Part shown: positions 19,212 to 28,875 of the stretch, piece by piece
Layout of the letters: each line of letters begins with the position of its first letter
Numbering within the stretch: the first letter of the stretch is position 1
NCBI GenBank assembly: GCA_047975215.1
Contig: JBKEDD010000042.1
Coordinates: 21,946 to 85,945, forward strand
DNA from: Jhaorihella sp.
GTDB lineage: Bacteria; Pseudomonadota; Alphaproteobacteria; Rhodobacterales; Rhodobacteraceae
Length of the DNA: 64,000 nt
Reading direction: 5' to 3'
Notes under the pieces: model-generated
Told to the model about the DNA's origin: nothing
Seen by the model: only the letters and a program-made list of their open reading frames with translations
Databases searched by the model: none
Translations under genes and position numbers: made by a program

Positions 19212-20279
19212 ATGGAACGCAGAAAATTCCTTACCGCCGGCTTGGGGGCAACCGCCGGCATTGCCGCGCTGGCCGCACCGGCCGTGGCACAGGGCAAGAT
19301 CGAATGGAACCTGGCCACCGCCTTTCCAAAGAACGCGCCGGGGGTGGGCACCAATGTCACCAACTTCGCCGAAAAGGTCGGCGCCATGTCCGATGGCCGG
19401 CTGACGCTTACTGTCTATGGCGGCGGCGAACTGGTGCCGCCCTTCGCGGTCGAAGATGCGATCCAGCAGGGCAACATACCCGTGGGCCACGGGCCGACCT
19501 ATTACGCCGCCGGCAAGAACGCCGCGCTGCACTGGTTCACCGCGGTACCCTTCGGGATGACCTCGAACGAACATTTCGCATGGCTGAAATACGGCGGCGG
19601 GCAGGAAATCTGGGACGACATCTATGCCCAGCGTGGATTGCTGCCGTTCTATTCGGGCAACTCCAACACACAGTCGGGCGGCTGGTTCAAGAACCGCATC
19701 GAAAGTGTCGAGGATCTCAAGGGTCTGAACATGCGCATCGCCGGTCTGGGCGGCGAGATCATGCGCAAGCTGGGCACCAACGCGGTGCTGATGCCCCCGC
19801 CCGAGATCTTCACCGCGTTCCAGTCGGGTGCCATCGACGCCGCCGAATGGGTCGGGCCGATGCTGGACCAGGCGTTCGGACTGCAGAAGATTACCAAGCT
19901 GTGCTATCTGCCGGCGCTGACCGAACCCGGCGCGGGCCTCGCCATCGTCTTCAACAAGGACGCCTTCGAGGGGCTGCCTGCCGATCTTCAGGCGATCTGC
20001 ATGAATGCCGCCCATGCCGCGGCATTGGAGAGCCACGCGCAGTTCGATTATTTCAACGCCCGTGCTATGGCGGCACTGAAGGCCGACGGCGTCGAGTTTC
20101 TGGCCTTCCCCGACGACGTGGTTGTGGCCATGCGCGATGCCTGGGGCGAGGTCCAGGACGAACTGACCGCCGCCAATCCAGATGTGGCGCGGGTACGCGA
20201 AAGCTATGACGCCTACCTGGCCGAAGCCCGCGACTATGCAGCGGCGATGACCCTGCCCATGCTGGCGGGGCGCGGCTGA
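19212..20279 (+). CDS. TRAP transporter solute-binding protein with Tat-like signal
   Basis: MERRKFLTAGLGATAGIAALAAPAVAQG twin-Arg-like leader, followed by a DctP-type fold. Confidence 0.8.
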   Translation: MERRKFLTAGLGATAGIAALAAPAVAQGKIEWNLATAFPKNAPGVGTNVTNFAEKVGAMSDGRLTLTVYGGGELVPPFAVEDAIQQGNIPVGHGPTYYAAGKNAALHWFTAVPFGMTSNEHFAWLKYGGGQEIWDDIYAQRGLLPFYSGNSNTQSGGWFKNRIESVEDLKGLNMRIAGLGGEIMRKLGTNAVLMPPPEIFTAFQSGAIDAAEWVGPMLDQAFGLQKITKLCYLPALTEPGAGLAIVFNKDAFEGLPADLQAICMNAAHAAALESHAQFDYFNARAMAALKADGVEFLAFPDDVVVAMRDAWGEVQDELTAANPDVARVRESYDAYLAEARDYAAAMTLPMLAGRG

Positions 20280-20286
20280 TACCCGT

Positions 20287-20314
20287 GCGGCGCCCGTCCG
20301 CGGGCGGGCGCCGC
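20287..20314. terminator. GC-rich hairpin between convergent genes
   Basis: gcggcgcccg / cgggcgccgc arms. No clear U-tract. Confidence 0.35.
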
Positions 20315-20420
20315 AAGCCGGGGACTGGCAAAGCCTCCGGGTCAAGCCGGTCGGTCTTGCCGGGTCGTCAGGCGCCGAGACCCTGTGCCGTGTTCACCGT
20401 CGCGGACGCCGGGATGCGGC

Positions 20421-22865
20421 TCAGCCCTTCACCCGCTCCATCGCGGGGTCGTAGAGCGGTGCGAGCGTGACCTCGCAGGGTACGCGCTCGCTTGCCACTT
20501 CCAGTTCGTATCGCCCGCCCAGCACGAAATCGCGGTCCACGCCGTCGGGGTTGCGCACATAGCCCATGCCGATCGACTTGCCGATGCTGTGGCCGTATCC
20601 GGCCGAACTCAGCCAGCCCACGCGCCGGCCGTCGCGATAGATGGTTTCGCGCCCCGACAGGATCACCGAGGCATCGGCGGTGAAAGTGGCCAGCATCTTG
20701 TTCACCCCCGAAGCGCGCTGCGCGGCGACCGCCTCGCGGCCCCTGAAGGGAGTGTTCTTCTTCAGCTTGACGGCCCAGCCCAGCCCCGCCTCGTCCGGGG
20801 TGTGGTCGGGGCCGATATCGGCCGCCCAGGCGCGATAGCCCTTTTCCAGCCGCAGCGTCTCGATGGCGCGGTATCCGGCGTTGCGCAGCCCGTGCGCCGC
20901 CCCCGCCCGGTGCAGCGCGCCGTAGACGGTGGCGGCGTATTCCACCGGCAGGTGCAACTCCCAGCCCAGTTCGCCGACATAGGTGATGCGCAGGGCGCGC
21001 ACCGGGCAGCCGGCGATGCCGATGGTGCGCGCGGTGGCGAAGGGGAACGCGGCGTCGGACACATCCGCCCGCGTCACCGCGGCCAGGATGTCGCGCGCCT
21101 TCGGCCCCATGAGCGAGAGCGTGGACCAGGCCGAGGTCGCGTCGAACAGCTGTGCGTTCAGGCCGTCGGGTATGTTGCGCGCGATCCAGTCGAAATCGTG
21201 CGTGGCGAAACCGGTGCCGGTGACGATGTAGTATTCGTCCTCGGCGATGCGCACGGCGGTCAGGTCGCATTCGATGCCGCCGTGATCGTTCAGCATCTGG
21301 GTATAGGTGATCCGGCCCACCGGGCCGGCCACGTCGTTGGCGGCGATCCAGCCAAGCGCGGCCTCGGCGTCGGAGCCCTTCAGCACGAACTTGGCAAACG
21401 ATGTTTGGTCGATCAGCACCGCCGCCTCGCGGGCGGCGCGGTGTTCGCGGCCGACCGCATCGTGCCAGTTGGGGCGCTCGAACGTGTAGATGTCGCGCTG
21501 TTGTTCGCCCGCGCCCGTGTCGGCGAACCAGTTCGGCCGCTCCCAGCCCAGTTTCTCGCCGAACACCGCGCCGTCGGCCTTCAGCAGATCGTAGAGCGGT
21601 GACTTGCGGCAGGGGCGTGCGCTGTCGTGTTCCTCGGACGGCCAGGCCATGGTGTAATGCTTGCCGTAGGCCTCGACGGTGCGGGTGCGGATCCAGTCGT
21701 CGTCGAAATGCGGGCGGCCGAAACGGCGGATGTCGGCGGGCCACAGATCGAAGGGCGGTTCGCCCTTGGCCACCCATTCGGCCAGCGCCATGCCGGCGCC
21801 GCCGCCGGCCGCGATGCCGAAGGCGTTGAAGCCCGCCCCGACGAAGAAATTGCGCAGCTCGGGCGCCTCGCCAAGGATGAAGTTGCCATCGGGCGTGAAG
21901 CTTTCCGGCCCGTTGGTCAGTTGCTTGATGCCGGCGGTCTGCAACGCCGGAACCCGGCCCAGCGAAAGTTCCATGATCTGTTCGAAATGGTCGAAATCGC
22001 TGTCCAGCAACGTGTAGTGAAAGCCCCGCGGGATGCCGTTCACCGCCCAGGGCTTCGGGTTGGGCTCGTAGCCGCCCATGACCAGCCCGCCGACCTCTTC
22101 CTTGTAATAGGTCAGCCGGTCAGGATCGCGCAGTGTCGGCAGGCCGGGGCTCACGCCGTCTATGGGTTCGGTCAGCATGTACTGATGTTCCATCGATACC
22201 AGCGGTACGTTGACGCCCACGGTACTGGCGAAGGCGCGAGTCCACTGGCCGCAGCAGGCGATCACCACCGGGGTTTCGATCCGGCCGCGTTCGGTTTGCA
22301 CGCCCCGGATGACGCCCTTGTCCACCTCGACCGACAGCACCTTGGTATCCTCGAAGATTCGCGCCCCGCCCATGCGGGCGCCGCGCGCCAGCGCCTGGGT
22401 GATGTCGGACGGGTTGGCCTGGCCGTCGGTGGGCAGAAAGGCGGCGCCGACCACGTCGTCGATTTGCATCAGGGGCCAGAGTTCCTGCGCCTCGCGCGGA
22501 GTCAGAAGCTGCATGTCCAGCCCGAAGGAATGCGCCGTGGTGGCCTGGCGCTTGACCTCGGTCCAGCGTTCGGCGTTGCAGGCCAGGCGCAGCCCGCCAT
22601 TCATCTTCCAGCCGGTTCCAAGGCCGGTTTCCGCCTCCAGCCGGTTGTAGAGATCGACGGAATAGCCCAGAAGCTGCGTGATGTTGGCGTTCGAGCGCAA
22701 CTGTCCGACCAGCCCGGCGGCGTGGAAGGTGGTGCCCGAGGTCAGTTTCTTGCGTTCGAGCAGGACCACATCCCAGCCCAGCCGGCTGAGGTGATAGGCG
22801 GTCGAACAGCCGACTATGCCGCCGCCCACGATGACCGCACGCGCGGTGTTGGGAAAATCGCTCAT
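20421..22865 (-). CDS. FAD-dependent N-demethylating dehydrogenase with C-terminal GcvT/folate domain (dimethylglycine/sarcosine dehydrogenase family), copy 1
   Basis: Start MSDFPNTARAVIVGGGIVGCSTAYHL follows GGAAGGAA. 814 aa. Stop/start TGATG overlaps the kinase gene. The 918-aa track ORF has a spurious N-terminal extension. Confidence 0.85.
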   Translation of the reverse strand: MSDFPNTARAVIVGGGIVGCSTAYHLSRLGWDVVLLERKKLTSGTTFHAAGLVGQLRSNANITQLLGYSVDLYNRLEAETGLGTGWKMNGGLRLACNAERWTEVKRQATTAHSFGLDMQLLTPREAQELWPLMQIDDVVGAAFLPTDGQANPSDITQALARGARMGGARIFEDTKVLSVEVDKGVIRGVQTERGRIETPVVIACCGQWTRAFASTVGVNVPLVSMEHQYMLTEPIDGVSPGLPTLRDPDRLTYYKEEVGGLVMGGYEPNPKPWAVNGIPRGFHYTLLDSDFDHFEQIMELSLGRVPALQTAGIKQLTNGPESFTPDGNFILGEAPELRNFFVGAGFNAFGIAAGGGAGMALAEWVAKGEPPFDLWPADIRRFGRPHFDDDWIRTRTVEAYGKHYTMAWPSEEHDSARPCRKSPLYDLLKADGAVFGEKLGWERPNWFADTGAGEQQRDIYTFERPNWHDAVGREHRAAREAAVLIDQTSFAKFVLKGSDAEAALGWIAANDVAGPVGRITYTQMLNDHGGIECDLTAVRIAEDEYYIVTGTGFATHDFDWIARNIPDGLNAQLFDATSAWSTLSLMGPKARDILAAVTRADVSDAAFPFATARTIGIAGCPVRALRITYVGELGWELHLPVEYAATVYGALHRAGAAHGLRNAGYRAIETLRLEKGYRAWAADIGPDHTPDEAGLGWAVKLKKNTPFRGREAVAAQRASGVNKMLATFTADASVILSGRETIYRDGRRVGWLSSAGYGHSIGKSIGMGYVRNPDGVDRDFVLGGRYELEVASERVPCEVTLAPLYDPAMERVKG

Positions 22866-23758
22866 CACGGTTCCTTCCGGTTCTGGTAGCCGCGCAGCGC
22901 CCGGCCGTAGCGTTCGAGGTTCTCGGCGGTATAGGCGGCATAGTCGAAGTCGATCTGTGAAGTGATCTCGGAGACCATGCTCCACATGGTTTCGCGCAGC
23001 AGCGAGGCGCATTTCATGGCGCCATAGCTGGCCATCAGCGCCGCGTCGGGGCAGGTGCCGAAATAGCGTTCCAGCATGGCCCGCTCGGCCTCGGGGGGCA
23101 GGCCGCAATTGGTGGCCAGCCCGCCAAGGTCGAACAGCGGCGAGTTGATGCCGCCATATTCCCAGTCGATCAGCCACAGCCGCCCGTCGCCGCGCAATAT
23201 GTTGGCAGGCAGCAGGTCGTTATGGCCCAGAACCGGCGTCACCGGACCCACGACGCGTTCCAGTGTGGCGGCCTGCTCCATCAGCGCCGGCAGCGCGGCG
23301 GCATGGCGCGAGCCGCGTTCGTGCAGGAAACCGGCATAGTCGCGCACGACGTGAAACACCCAGAAACTCAGCACCGGGCCGCGCAGCCGCATTGTTACGT
23401 CGCGATGCGCGCTTGCCACCAGATCGACCGCGGCGAAAAGCGTCGCCTCGTCGTGCAGGTCGGATTCGCCCAGCGGTTCGGCGGGGACGAACTCCAGCAC
23501 CAGCGCGCCCGGCTCGGCGTAGTGGACGGCGGGCGAGACACCGGCCGCCGCCGCCGCGCGACTGATCGACAGTTCGTTGAACCGCATCACGCCATGTTCC
23601 GGAATATCCTCGCCCAGGCGCACGACGTATTTGCGGCCCCCGTCGCTGAGCGTGAGGTTTATGTTGGTAATGCCGCCGTCCAGTGCCGCGATGTCGTGGG
23701 GATCGCGCCAGCACGGCAGCGCGCGCGCCCGCGCCATGGCCCGGTCGAGCGCCGTCAT
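22865..23758 (-). CDS. Choline/ethanolamine-kinase-fold phosphotransferase (APH superfamily), copy 1
   Basis: Start MTALDRAMARA with ATGA overlap of the permease stop. Brenner motif HNDLLPANIL and LIDWEYGG. 297 aa. Confidence 0.75.
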   Translation of the reverse strand: MTALDRAMARARALPCWRDPHDIAALDGGITNINLTLSDGGRKYVVRLGEDIPEHGVMRFNELSISRAAAAAGVSPAVHYAEPGALVLEFVPAEPLGESDLHDEATLFAAVDLVASAHRDVTMRLRGPVLSFWVFHVVRDYAGFLHERGSRHAAALPALMEQAATLERVVGPVTPVLGHNDLLPANILRGDGRLWLIDWEYGGINSPLFDLGGLATNCGLPPEAERAMLERYFGTCPDAALMASYGAMKCASLLRETMWSMVSEITSQIDFDYAAYTAENLERYGRALRGYQNRKEP

Positions 23759-25764
23759 TGTCCCACCCCCAGCCGGTGTTGCGACGCCCGCGCCAGCGCC
23801 GTCAGGATGCGGTCGGATATGATGGCGATGAAGGCAACGGACAGCCCGGCGACGATGCCCGCCCCGGTATTGGCCTTGGTCAGCGCGATATAGACCTCCT
23901 GCCCCAGATCGCGGGTGCCCACCAGCGCGGTGATGACCAGCATCGACAGTGCCAGCATGATGGTCTGGTTGAGCCCCAGAAGCAGCGAGGGCGCGGCCAG
24001 CGGCAGCTTGATGCGCATCAGCAACTGGCGTTCGGTGCAGCCCGACACGCGCCCCGCCTCGATCACCTCGGGTTCTATCGAGCGGATGCCATGTGCGGCA
24101 TAACGCACAGCCGGGGCCAGCGCATAAAGCACCACGGCAATCATCGCCGAGAAATCGCCAACCCGGAACAGCATCACCACCGGGATCAGGTAGACGAAAC
24201 TGGGCAGCGTCTGGAGCGTGTCGATCAGCGCGCCGATCACGGTGTTGGCCCGTGCGTTCTGACCCGCCCAGATGCCCAGCGGAATACCGATGGCACTGGC
24301 GATCAGCACCGAGACTGTAATCAGGTAGACGGTGATCATCGCCTTGGCCCACAGCCCGTTGGCGGCGATGAACAGCGTCATCAGCGCCGCCATCAGCGCC
24401 AGTTTCCAGCCGCCCACGCGGCCGGCCGCGAGGGTGATGGCGATAATGCCCCAGGCCCAGGGGATGCCGGTAAAAAAGCGTTTGACCGGCAGCAGCAGCC
24501 AGGTCAGCAGCGCGGTCTTGATCGCCTCGAGCGTGTTGAAGAAGTTGACGTTGATCCACTCCATCGCCTCGGTCCAGATCGGCCCGGTGGTGATGGTCAG
24601 TTGTTCGGGATACAGCCGGAAACCGGGGATAGCGGCGCCCAGGGCGGTGGTCGCGACCGCAAGCGCAGCGACCGATGTAAACAGCGGATGGCGCCGGTGA
24701 AGCGGCAGCGCCGGATCGGGCCGGGCGCGGACCTTGCGGATGGCAAAGGCCTGGCTGACGCGGTCCAGCGCGATGGCCATGACGACGATGGCCAGCCCCG
24801 CCTCGACCCCGCCGCCGATATCGAGCCGTCTGAGCGCGGTAAGCACGTCATAACCAAGCCCGCCCGCGCCGATCATCGAGGCGATGATGACCATGTTGAG
24901 CGACAGCATGATGACCTGATTGACCCCCACCATGAGCGAGGGCATGGCGGTGGGCACCAGCACCTTCCACAAGAGTTGCCGCCGCTTGCAGCCCATCATG
25001 CGCCCGGCCTCGATCACGTCTTCGGGCACCGAATGCAGCGCCACGGTCGAGACCCGCACCATCGGCGGCATGGCATAGATCACCGTCGCCACCAGCGCCG
25101 AGACCGGACCAAAACCGAACAGGAACAGGATCGGCACGAGGTAAGCGAATACCGGCACCGTCTGCATCAGATCCAGCAGCGGGCGCAGGGTGCGTTCGAA
25201 CCACGGGTGACGGTAGGACACGATACCCAGGGCCAGCCCCCCGGCCACCCCGATGGGCACGGCGATGAGAACCGAAGCCAGCGTGACCATGGCGCTGGCC
25301 CATTGCCCGAACACTGCAAGATAGGCGAAACACCCCGCCGCCAGAAACGCCAGCGCCCGGTTCCTGGCATACCAGGCAAGGGCGGCGATGATCGCGATCA
25401 CCGCGATCCAGGACAGCGACGGCGCCACCTCGACCGCCTGCTGGCCCTGCCCGAGCACGAAGCCGTCGATCAGCAGGGCGCGCACCAGGTCGTAGGGCGC
25501 CTCGATCACCGCCGAGACAAAGCGCGTGAAATCGCGGAAGGTGAACAACCCGAAGGTTGCGTCCTCGACCAGCCAGGCCATGAAGCCGGAAATCCACTGA
25601 TCCACCGGCACCGTCAGGCTGGCCGGAAAGCGGACGATCCAGCGCGCATCCAGCGCCTTGTAAAGCTGGAACGACCAGGTCGAAAGCGCCCAGGTCAGCG
25701 CGAACAATCCCAGCCAGAACGGCCGCGACCCGCCGAACAGCCCCCGCAACAGCGCCGGTTTCAT
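23755..25764 (-). CDS. ProW/OpuAB-type ABC permease, tandem-fused double domain
   Basis: 669 aa with two BPD-transporter domains (..MQTVPVFAYLVPILFLFG.. and ..LQTLPSFVYLIPVVMLF..). ATGA overlaps the ATPase stop. Confidence 0.85.
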   Translation of the reverse strand: MKPALLRGLFGGSRPFWLGLFALTWALSTWSFQLYKALDARWIVRFPASLTVPVDQWISGFMAWLVEDATFGLFTFRDFTRFVSAVIEAPYDLVRALLIDGFVLGQGQQAVEVAPSLSWIAVIAIIAALAWYARNRALAFLAAGCFAYLAVFGQWASAMVTLASVLIAVPIGVAGGLALGIVSYRHPWFERTLRPLLDLMQTVPVFAYLVPILFLFGFGPVSALVATVIYAMPPMVRVSTVALHSVPEDVIEAGRMMGCKRRQLLWKVLVPTAMPSLMVGVNQVIMLSLNMVIIASMIGAGGLGYDVLTALRRLDIGGGVEAGLAIVVMAIALDRVSQAFAIRKVRARPDPALPLHRRHPLFTSVAALAVATTALGAAIPGFRLYPEQLTITTGPIWTEAMEWINVNFFNTLEAIKTALLTWLLLPVKRFFTGIPWAWGIIAITLAAGRVGGWKLALMAALMTLFIAANGLWAKAMITVYLITVSVLIASAIGIPLGIWAGQNARANTVIGALIDTLQTLPSFVYLIPVVMLFRVGDFSAMIAVVLYALAPAVRYAAHGIRSIEPEVIEAGRVSGCTERQLLMRIKLPLAAPSLLLGLNQTIMLALSMLVITALVGTRDLGQEVYIALTKANTGAGIVAGLSVAFIAIISDRILTALARASQHRLGVGQ

Positions 25765-26795
25765 CGTGCCTCCCGCCCGATCATCACGTCGATGGCGGCG
25801 GCTATGTCGACCGTGCCCACCGGCGCGCCGCGCTCGTCCAGCACCCGGAAGGGGCGACGATCGGAATCGAGCGTGCGCACCGCGTCGGCCACCACCAGCG
25901 TACCGGCCACCTCGCCGGCGTAATCGCCCTCGGGCACGCCGGGCGACATGATGGTGGAAAGCCGCGTGACCTTGGCGCGGGGAATGTGACGGGTGAATTC
26001 CTGAACGTAGTCGGTGGCCGGGTTAAGCACCAGTTCTTCCGGCGTCGCGGTCTGCACGATTGCGCCGTCCTTCATCACCGCGATACGGTCGGCCAGCCGG
26101 ATTGCCTCGTCGAAATCGTGGGTGATGAACACGATGGTTTTGCGCAGCATGGATTGCAGGCGCATGAACTCGTCCTGCATCTCGCGCCGGATCAGCGGAT
26201 CGAGCGCGCTGAAGGGTTCGTCGAGAAACCACAGGTCGGGTTCGGCCACCAGCGAACGCGCGATGCCGACGCGCTGCTGCTGGCCGCCCGAAAGCTGGCG
26301 CGGATAGTAATCCTCGCGCCCCGCAAGGCCGACCAGTTCGACCATCTCGCGGGCGCGGCCCTCGCGGGTGCGGCGCGCCACGCCCTGCACCTCAAGCGGG
26401 AAGGCGGCGTTTTCCAGCACCGTCAGATGCGGCAGCAGCGCGAAATGCTGGAACACCATGCCCATCTTCTTGCGCCGCAGTTCGATCAGATCGCGCTCCG
26501 AGATGCCCAGCATGTCGCGGCCCTCGAAATTGATCGCCCCTGCGGTCGGTTCGATCAGCCGCGACAGACAGCGCACCAGCGTCGACTTGCCCGACCCCGA
26601 CAACCCCATGATGACGAAGATCTCGCCCTCGCCAATATGTACATCGGCATCGCGTACCGCCCCGATCATGCCCGAGCCCTCGAAATCGGATTCCGAGGGG
26701 GCGCCGCCGTGACGGTCGAGAAACCGCCGCGGATCGGCGCCATAGATCTTCCAGACGCCGCGGCAATCCAGTTTGACGGGACGCTCCATCCTCAC
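25761..26795 (-). CDS. ProV/OpuAA-type ABC ATPase with C-terminal CBS region
   Basis: Walker A GLSGSGKST, signature LSGGQQQRV, Walker B LWFLDEP. The start may be GTG 26795 or ATG 26789. Confidence 0.85.
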   Translation of the reverse strand: MRMERPVKLDCRGVWKIYGADPRRFLDRHGGAPSESDFEGSGMIGAVRDADVHIGEGEIFVIMGLSGSGKSTLVRCLSRLIEPTAGAINFEGRDMLGISERDLIELRRKKMGMVFQHFALLPHLTVLENAAFPLEVQGVARRTREGRAREMVELVGLAGREDYYPRQLSGGQQQRVGIARSLVAEPDLWFLDEPFSALDPLIRREMQDEFMRLQSMLRKTIVFITHDFDEAIRLADRIAVMKDGAIVQTATPEELVLNPATDYVQEFTRHIPRAKVTRLSTIMSPGVPEGDYAGEVAGTLVVADAVRTLDSDRRPFRVLDERGAPVGTVDIAAAIDVMIGREAR

Positions 26796-26911
26796 CTCGG
26801 TCGGTTTGCGGGTTGGTATCTCGGGCCGGTTCGGCGGTCGGTTTGGCGGTCGGTTCCGGGCGCCGGTGCGCCGGATTGCGGCCGGGGCGGATCAGCCGCC
26901 CCGGCGTGCGC

Positions 26912-27853
26912 CTACTCGATCCAGGCGGACCAGGTGTCCTTGTTGTTGGCCATCCACTCGGCCACCACGTCCTCGATGCTCTGGCCGTCCAGATCGACCT
27001 TTCCGACCATGGTACCCATGTCGGCGTTGGAGATGTTGAACGCCTCGATCGACTTGACGGCCCCCGGCCACTTGTCCGCGACACCGGACCAGGCCACCTT
27101 CCAGATCGGTCCGGTCGGCTTGCCGCAATCGTAGGCCATGTCTGGGTTTATTCCCTGGGACGGATCGTCATAGCATTCGGTGGAATAGGGCGGGAATTCG
27201 ACGAAGGAGCCCTCGTATTTCGACGTCGACCAGTGCGGGCTGTAGATCCACAACACGATCGGCGCCTTGCGCTGATAGGCCGATTCCAGTTCCGCGAACA
27301 GGGCGGCGTCGGTGCCGGCATGAACCACCTCGAAATCCAGCCCCAGCGATTCGACGCGCTCCTCGTCGAACCCGCCCCACGTCACGGGACCGCCCAGATA
27401 CCGGCCCAGCGGCGCGGTTTCGGGGGTTGAGAACTCCTGCGCGCAGTCGTTCAGCGCCTGCCAGTCGGGCAGGCCGGGGCAGACCTCTTCCATATAGGCC
27501 GGGTACCACCAGTCCTCGATCGCCTGCATCCCGGTCGAGCCGAGATTGACGACATTGCCGGTGTTCGTGGCCTCGTCCATCGCCTCGCGGCCCGTGGTCT
27601 CCCAGATCTCCATCGCGACATGCAGATCGCCGGTCTTCAGCCCCGCGAACTGCGCGATATAGTCGGCCTGCACATATTCCACGTTGTAGCCAGCCTGTTT
27701 GAGCACCTCACCCATGATCGTCGTGGTCACGATCTGGCCGGTCCAGTCATGCGTCGTCAGCTTGATCGGGTCGAGCGATTCGACATCCGACCATGCGGCG
27801 CCCGCGGCGAACGCGGACAGGACCGCGGTGGAAATCAGGAAATTCGTTCTCAT
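26912..27853 (-). CDS. Quaternary-amine (glycine betaine/choline/TMAO-type) ABC substrate-binding protein
   Basis: 313 aa with signal peptide MRTNFLISTAVLSAFAAGAAWS. OpuAC/ProX-like with aromatic-rich WW/Y residues. GGGAGG SD. Confidence 0.75.
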   Translation of the reverse strand: MRTNFLISTAVLSAFAAGAAWSDVESLDPIKLTTHDWTGQIVTTTIMGEVLKQAGYNVEYVQADYIAQFAGLKTGDLHVAMEIWETTGREAMDEATNTGNVVNLGSTGMQAIEDWWYPAYMEEVCPGLPDWQALNDCAQEFSTPETAPLGRYLGGPVTWGGFDEERVESLGLDFEVVHAGTDAALFAELESAYQRKAPIVLWIYSPHWSTSKYEGSFVEFPPYSTECYDDPSQGINPDMAYDCGKPTGPIWKVAWSGVADKWPGAVKSIEAFNISNADMGTMVGKVDLDGQSIEDVVAEWMANNKDTWSAWIE

Positions 27854-27978
27854 GGTTCAGCCTCCCAGCCAGTCTTGGTTTTGCCTTGGTTCTGCGCTAG
27901 ATTTCAGCGGCGCCGGCCGCACCCGGAGCCGCGGATCCTGTCGTGATTTTGCGTAGCAGGGTTTGGCAAAAACCAACA

Positions 27979-28013
27979 AAAAGCAACATAAAATTTCCGA
28001 TAATGTTGCTTTT
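27979..28013. promoter_or_regulatory. Inverted repeat AAAAGCAACAT-N13-ATGTTGCTTTT in the SBP/DeoR divergent promoter region
   Basis: Perfect 11-bp arms read directly. The same CAACAT-N13-ATGTTG core recurs at 33108-33132. Confidence 0.5.
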
Positions 28014-28098
28014 CCTATAGAAAGCTATGGATTTCCGTGCGGTTTGGTGCCTTACTTGGCCGAAACCGGATCAGAACCGCAAAGGCCGGCCCGACCAG

Positions 28099-28875
28099 AT
28101 GGATACGCGTTCGAACCATCGCCAGCGCGAGATCGTTGAGCAACTGCACCGCTCGGGCGGGTCGATGCGCATTCAGGCCCTAGCCCGCGCGCTGAGCGTC
28201 ACCGAAGAGACCGTGCGCCGCAACCTGCGCAGTCTTGCCGATGGCGGCATTGTCGAGCGGATGCATGGCGGCGCGCGGCTGGTCGCGCCCGACAGCACGG
28301 CCGAGCCCAACTTTCAGGCCCGGTTCCGCGAGAATCCGGCGGCCAAACAGCGCATCGCGCGCCACGTCGCCGCGATGCTGCCCGACGAAGCGTCGCTGTT
28401 TCTGGATATCGGCAGCACCACGGCGCATATCGCCGACGCGCTTTGCGATCATCGACGGCTGGTGGTCGTCACCAATTCCGTCTATGTTGCCTACCGACTG
28501 GCCAGCCGCAATGAAAACCGCGTGTTCATGGCCGGGGGAGAGTTGCGCGCCCATGACGGTGGCGCTTTCGGGGCGGACGCGATGGGCTTTGCGGCCAATT
28601 TCAACACCGATTTCGCGGTGCTGTCCTCGGCCGGGATCACCGTCAATGGGTTCGGGTTGTTCGATCTGGAAGAGGCGCAGTTCTCGCGGTTGATCATGAA
28701 ACAGGCGGCAACCCGGATCATGGCGGCGGATTCCAGCAAGTTCGGCCGCGAGGCGCCGGTTGCCATCGGCGAGCCCGAACAGGTCGATTATCTGGTCTGT
28801 GACCGCGCCCCGCCGCCCGAGATCGCGGCAGCCGCCTCCGGGTGGGGTACGCAAATCCGGGTGACGGCAGAGTGA
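28099..28875 (+). CDS. DeoR/GlpR-family transcriptional regulator
   Basis: HRQREIVEQLHRSGGSMRIQALARALSVTEETVRRNLRSL HTH plus a DeoR C-terminal sensor domain. The track ORF starts at 28027; ATG 28099 gives the usual N-terminus. Confidence 0.8.
   Translation: MDTRSNHRQREIVEQLHRSGGSMRIQALARALSVTEETVRRNLRSLADGGIVERMHGGARLVAPDSTAEPNFQARFRENPAAKQRIARHVAAMLPDEASLFLDIGSTTAHIADALCDHRRLVVVTNSVYVAYRLASRNENRVFMAGGELRAHDGGAFGADAMGFAANFNTDFAVLSSAGITVNGFGLFDLEEAQFSRLIMKQAATRIMAADSSKFGREAPVAIGEPEQVDYLVCDRAPPPEIAAAASGWGTQIRVTAE

Noticed and set aside
26912-27853. Naming the ABC system as ChoXWV, ProU or TmoXWV.
   Set aside because: The binding-protein family is clear, but ligand specificity within it cannot be read from the sequence without alignment to characterised members.
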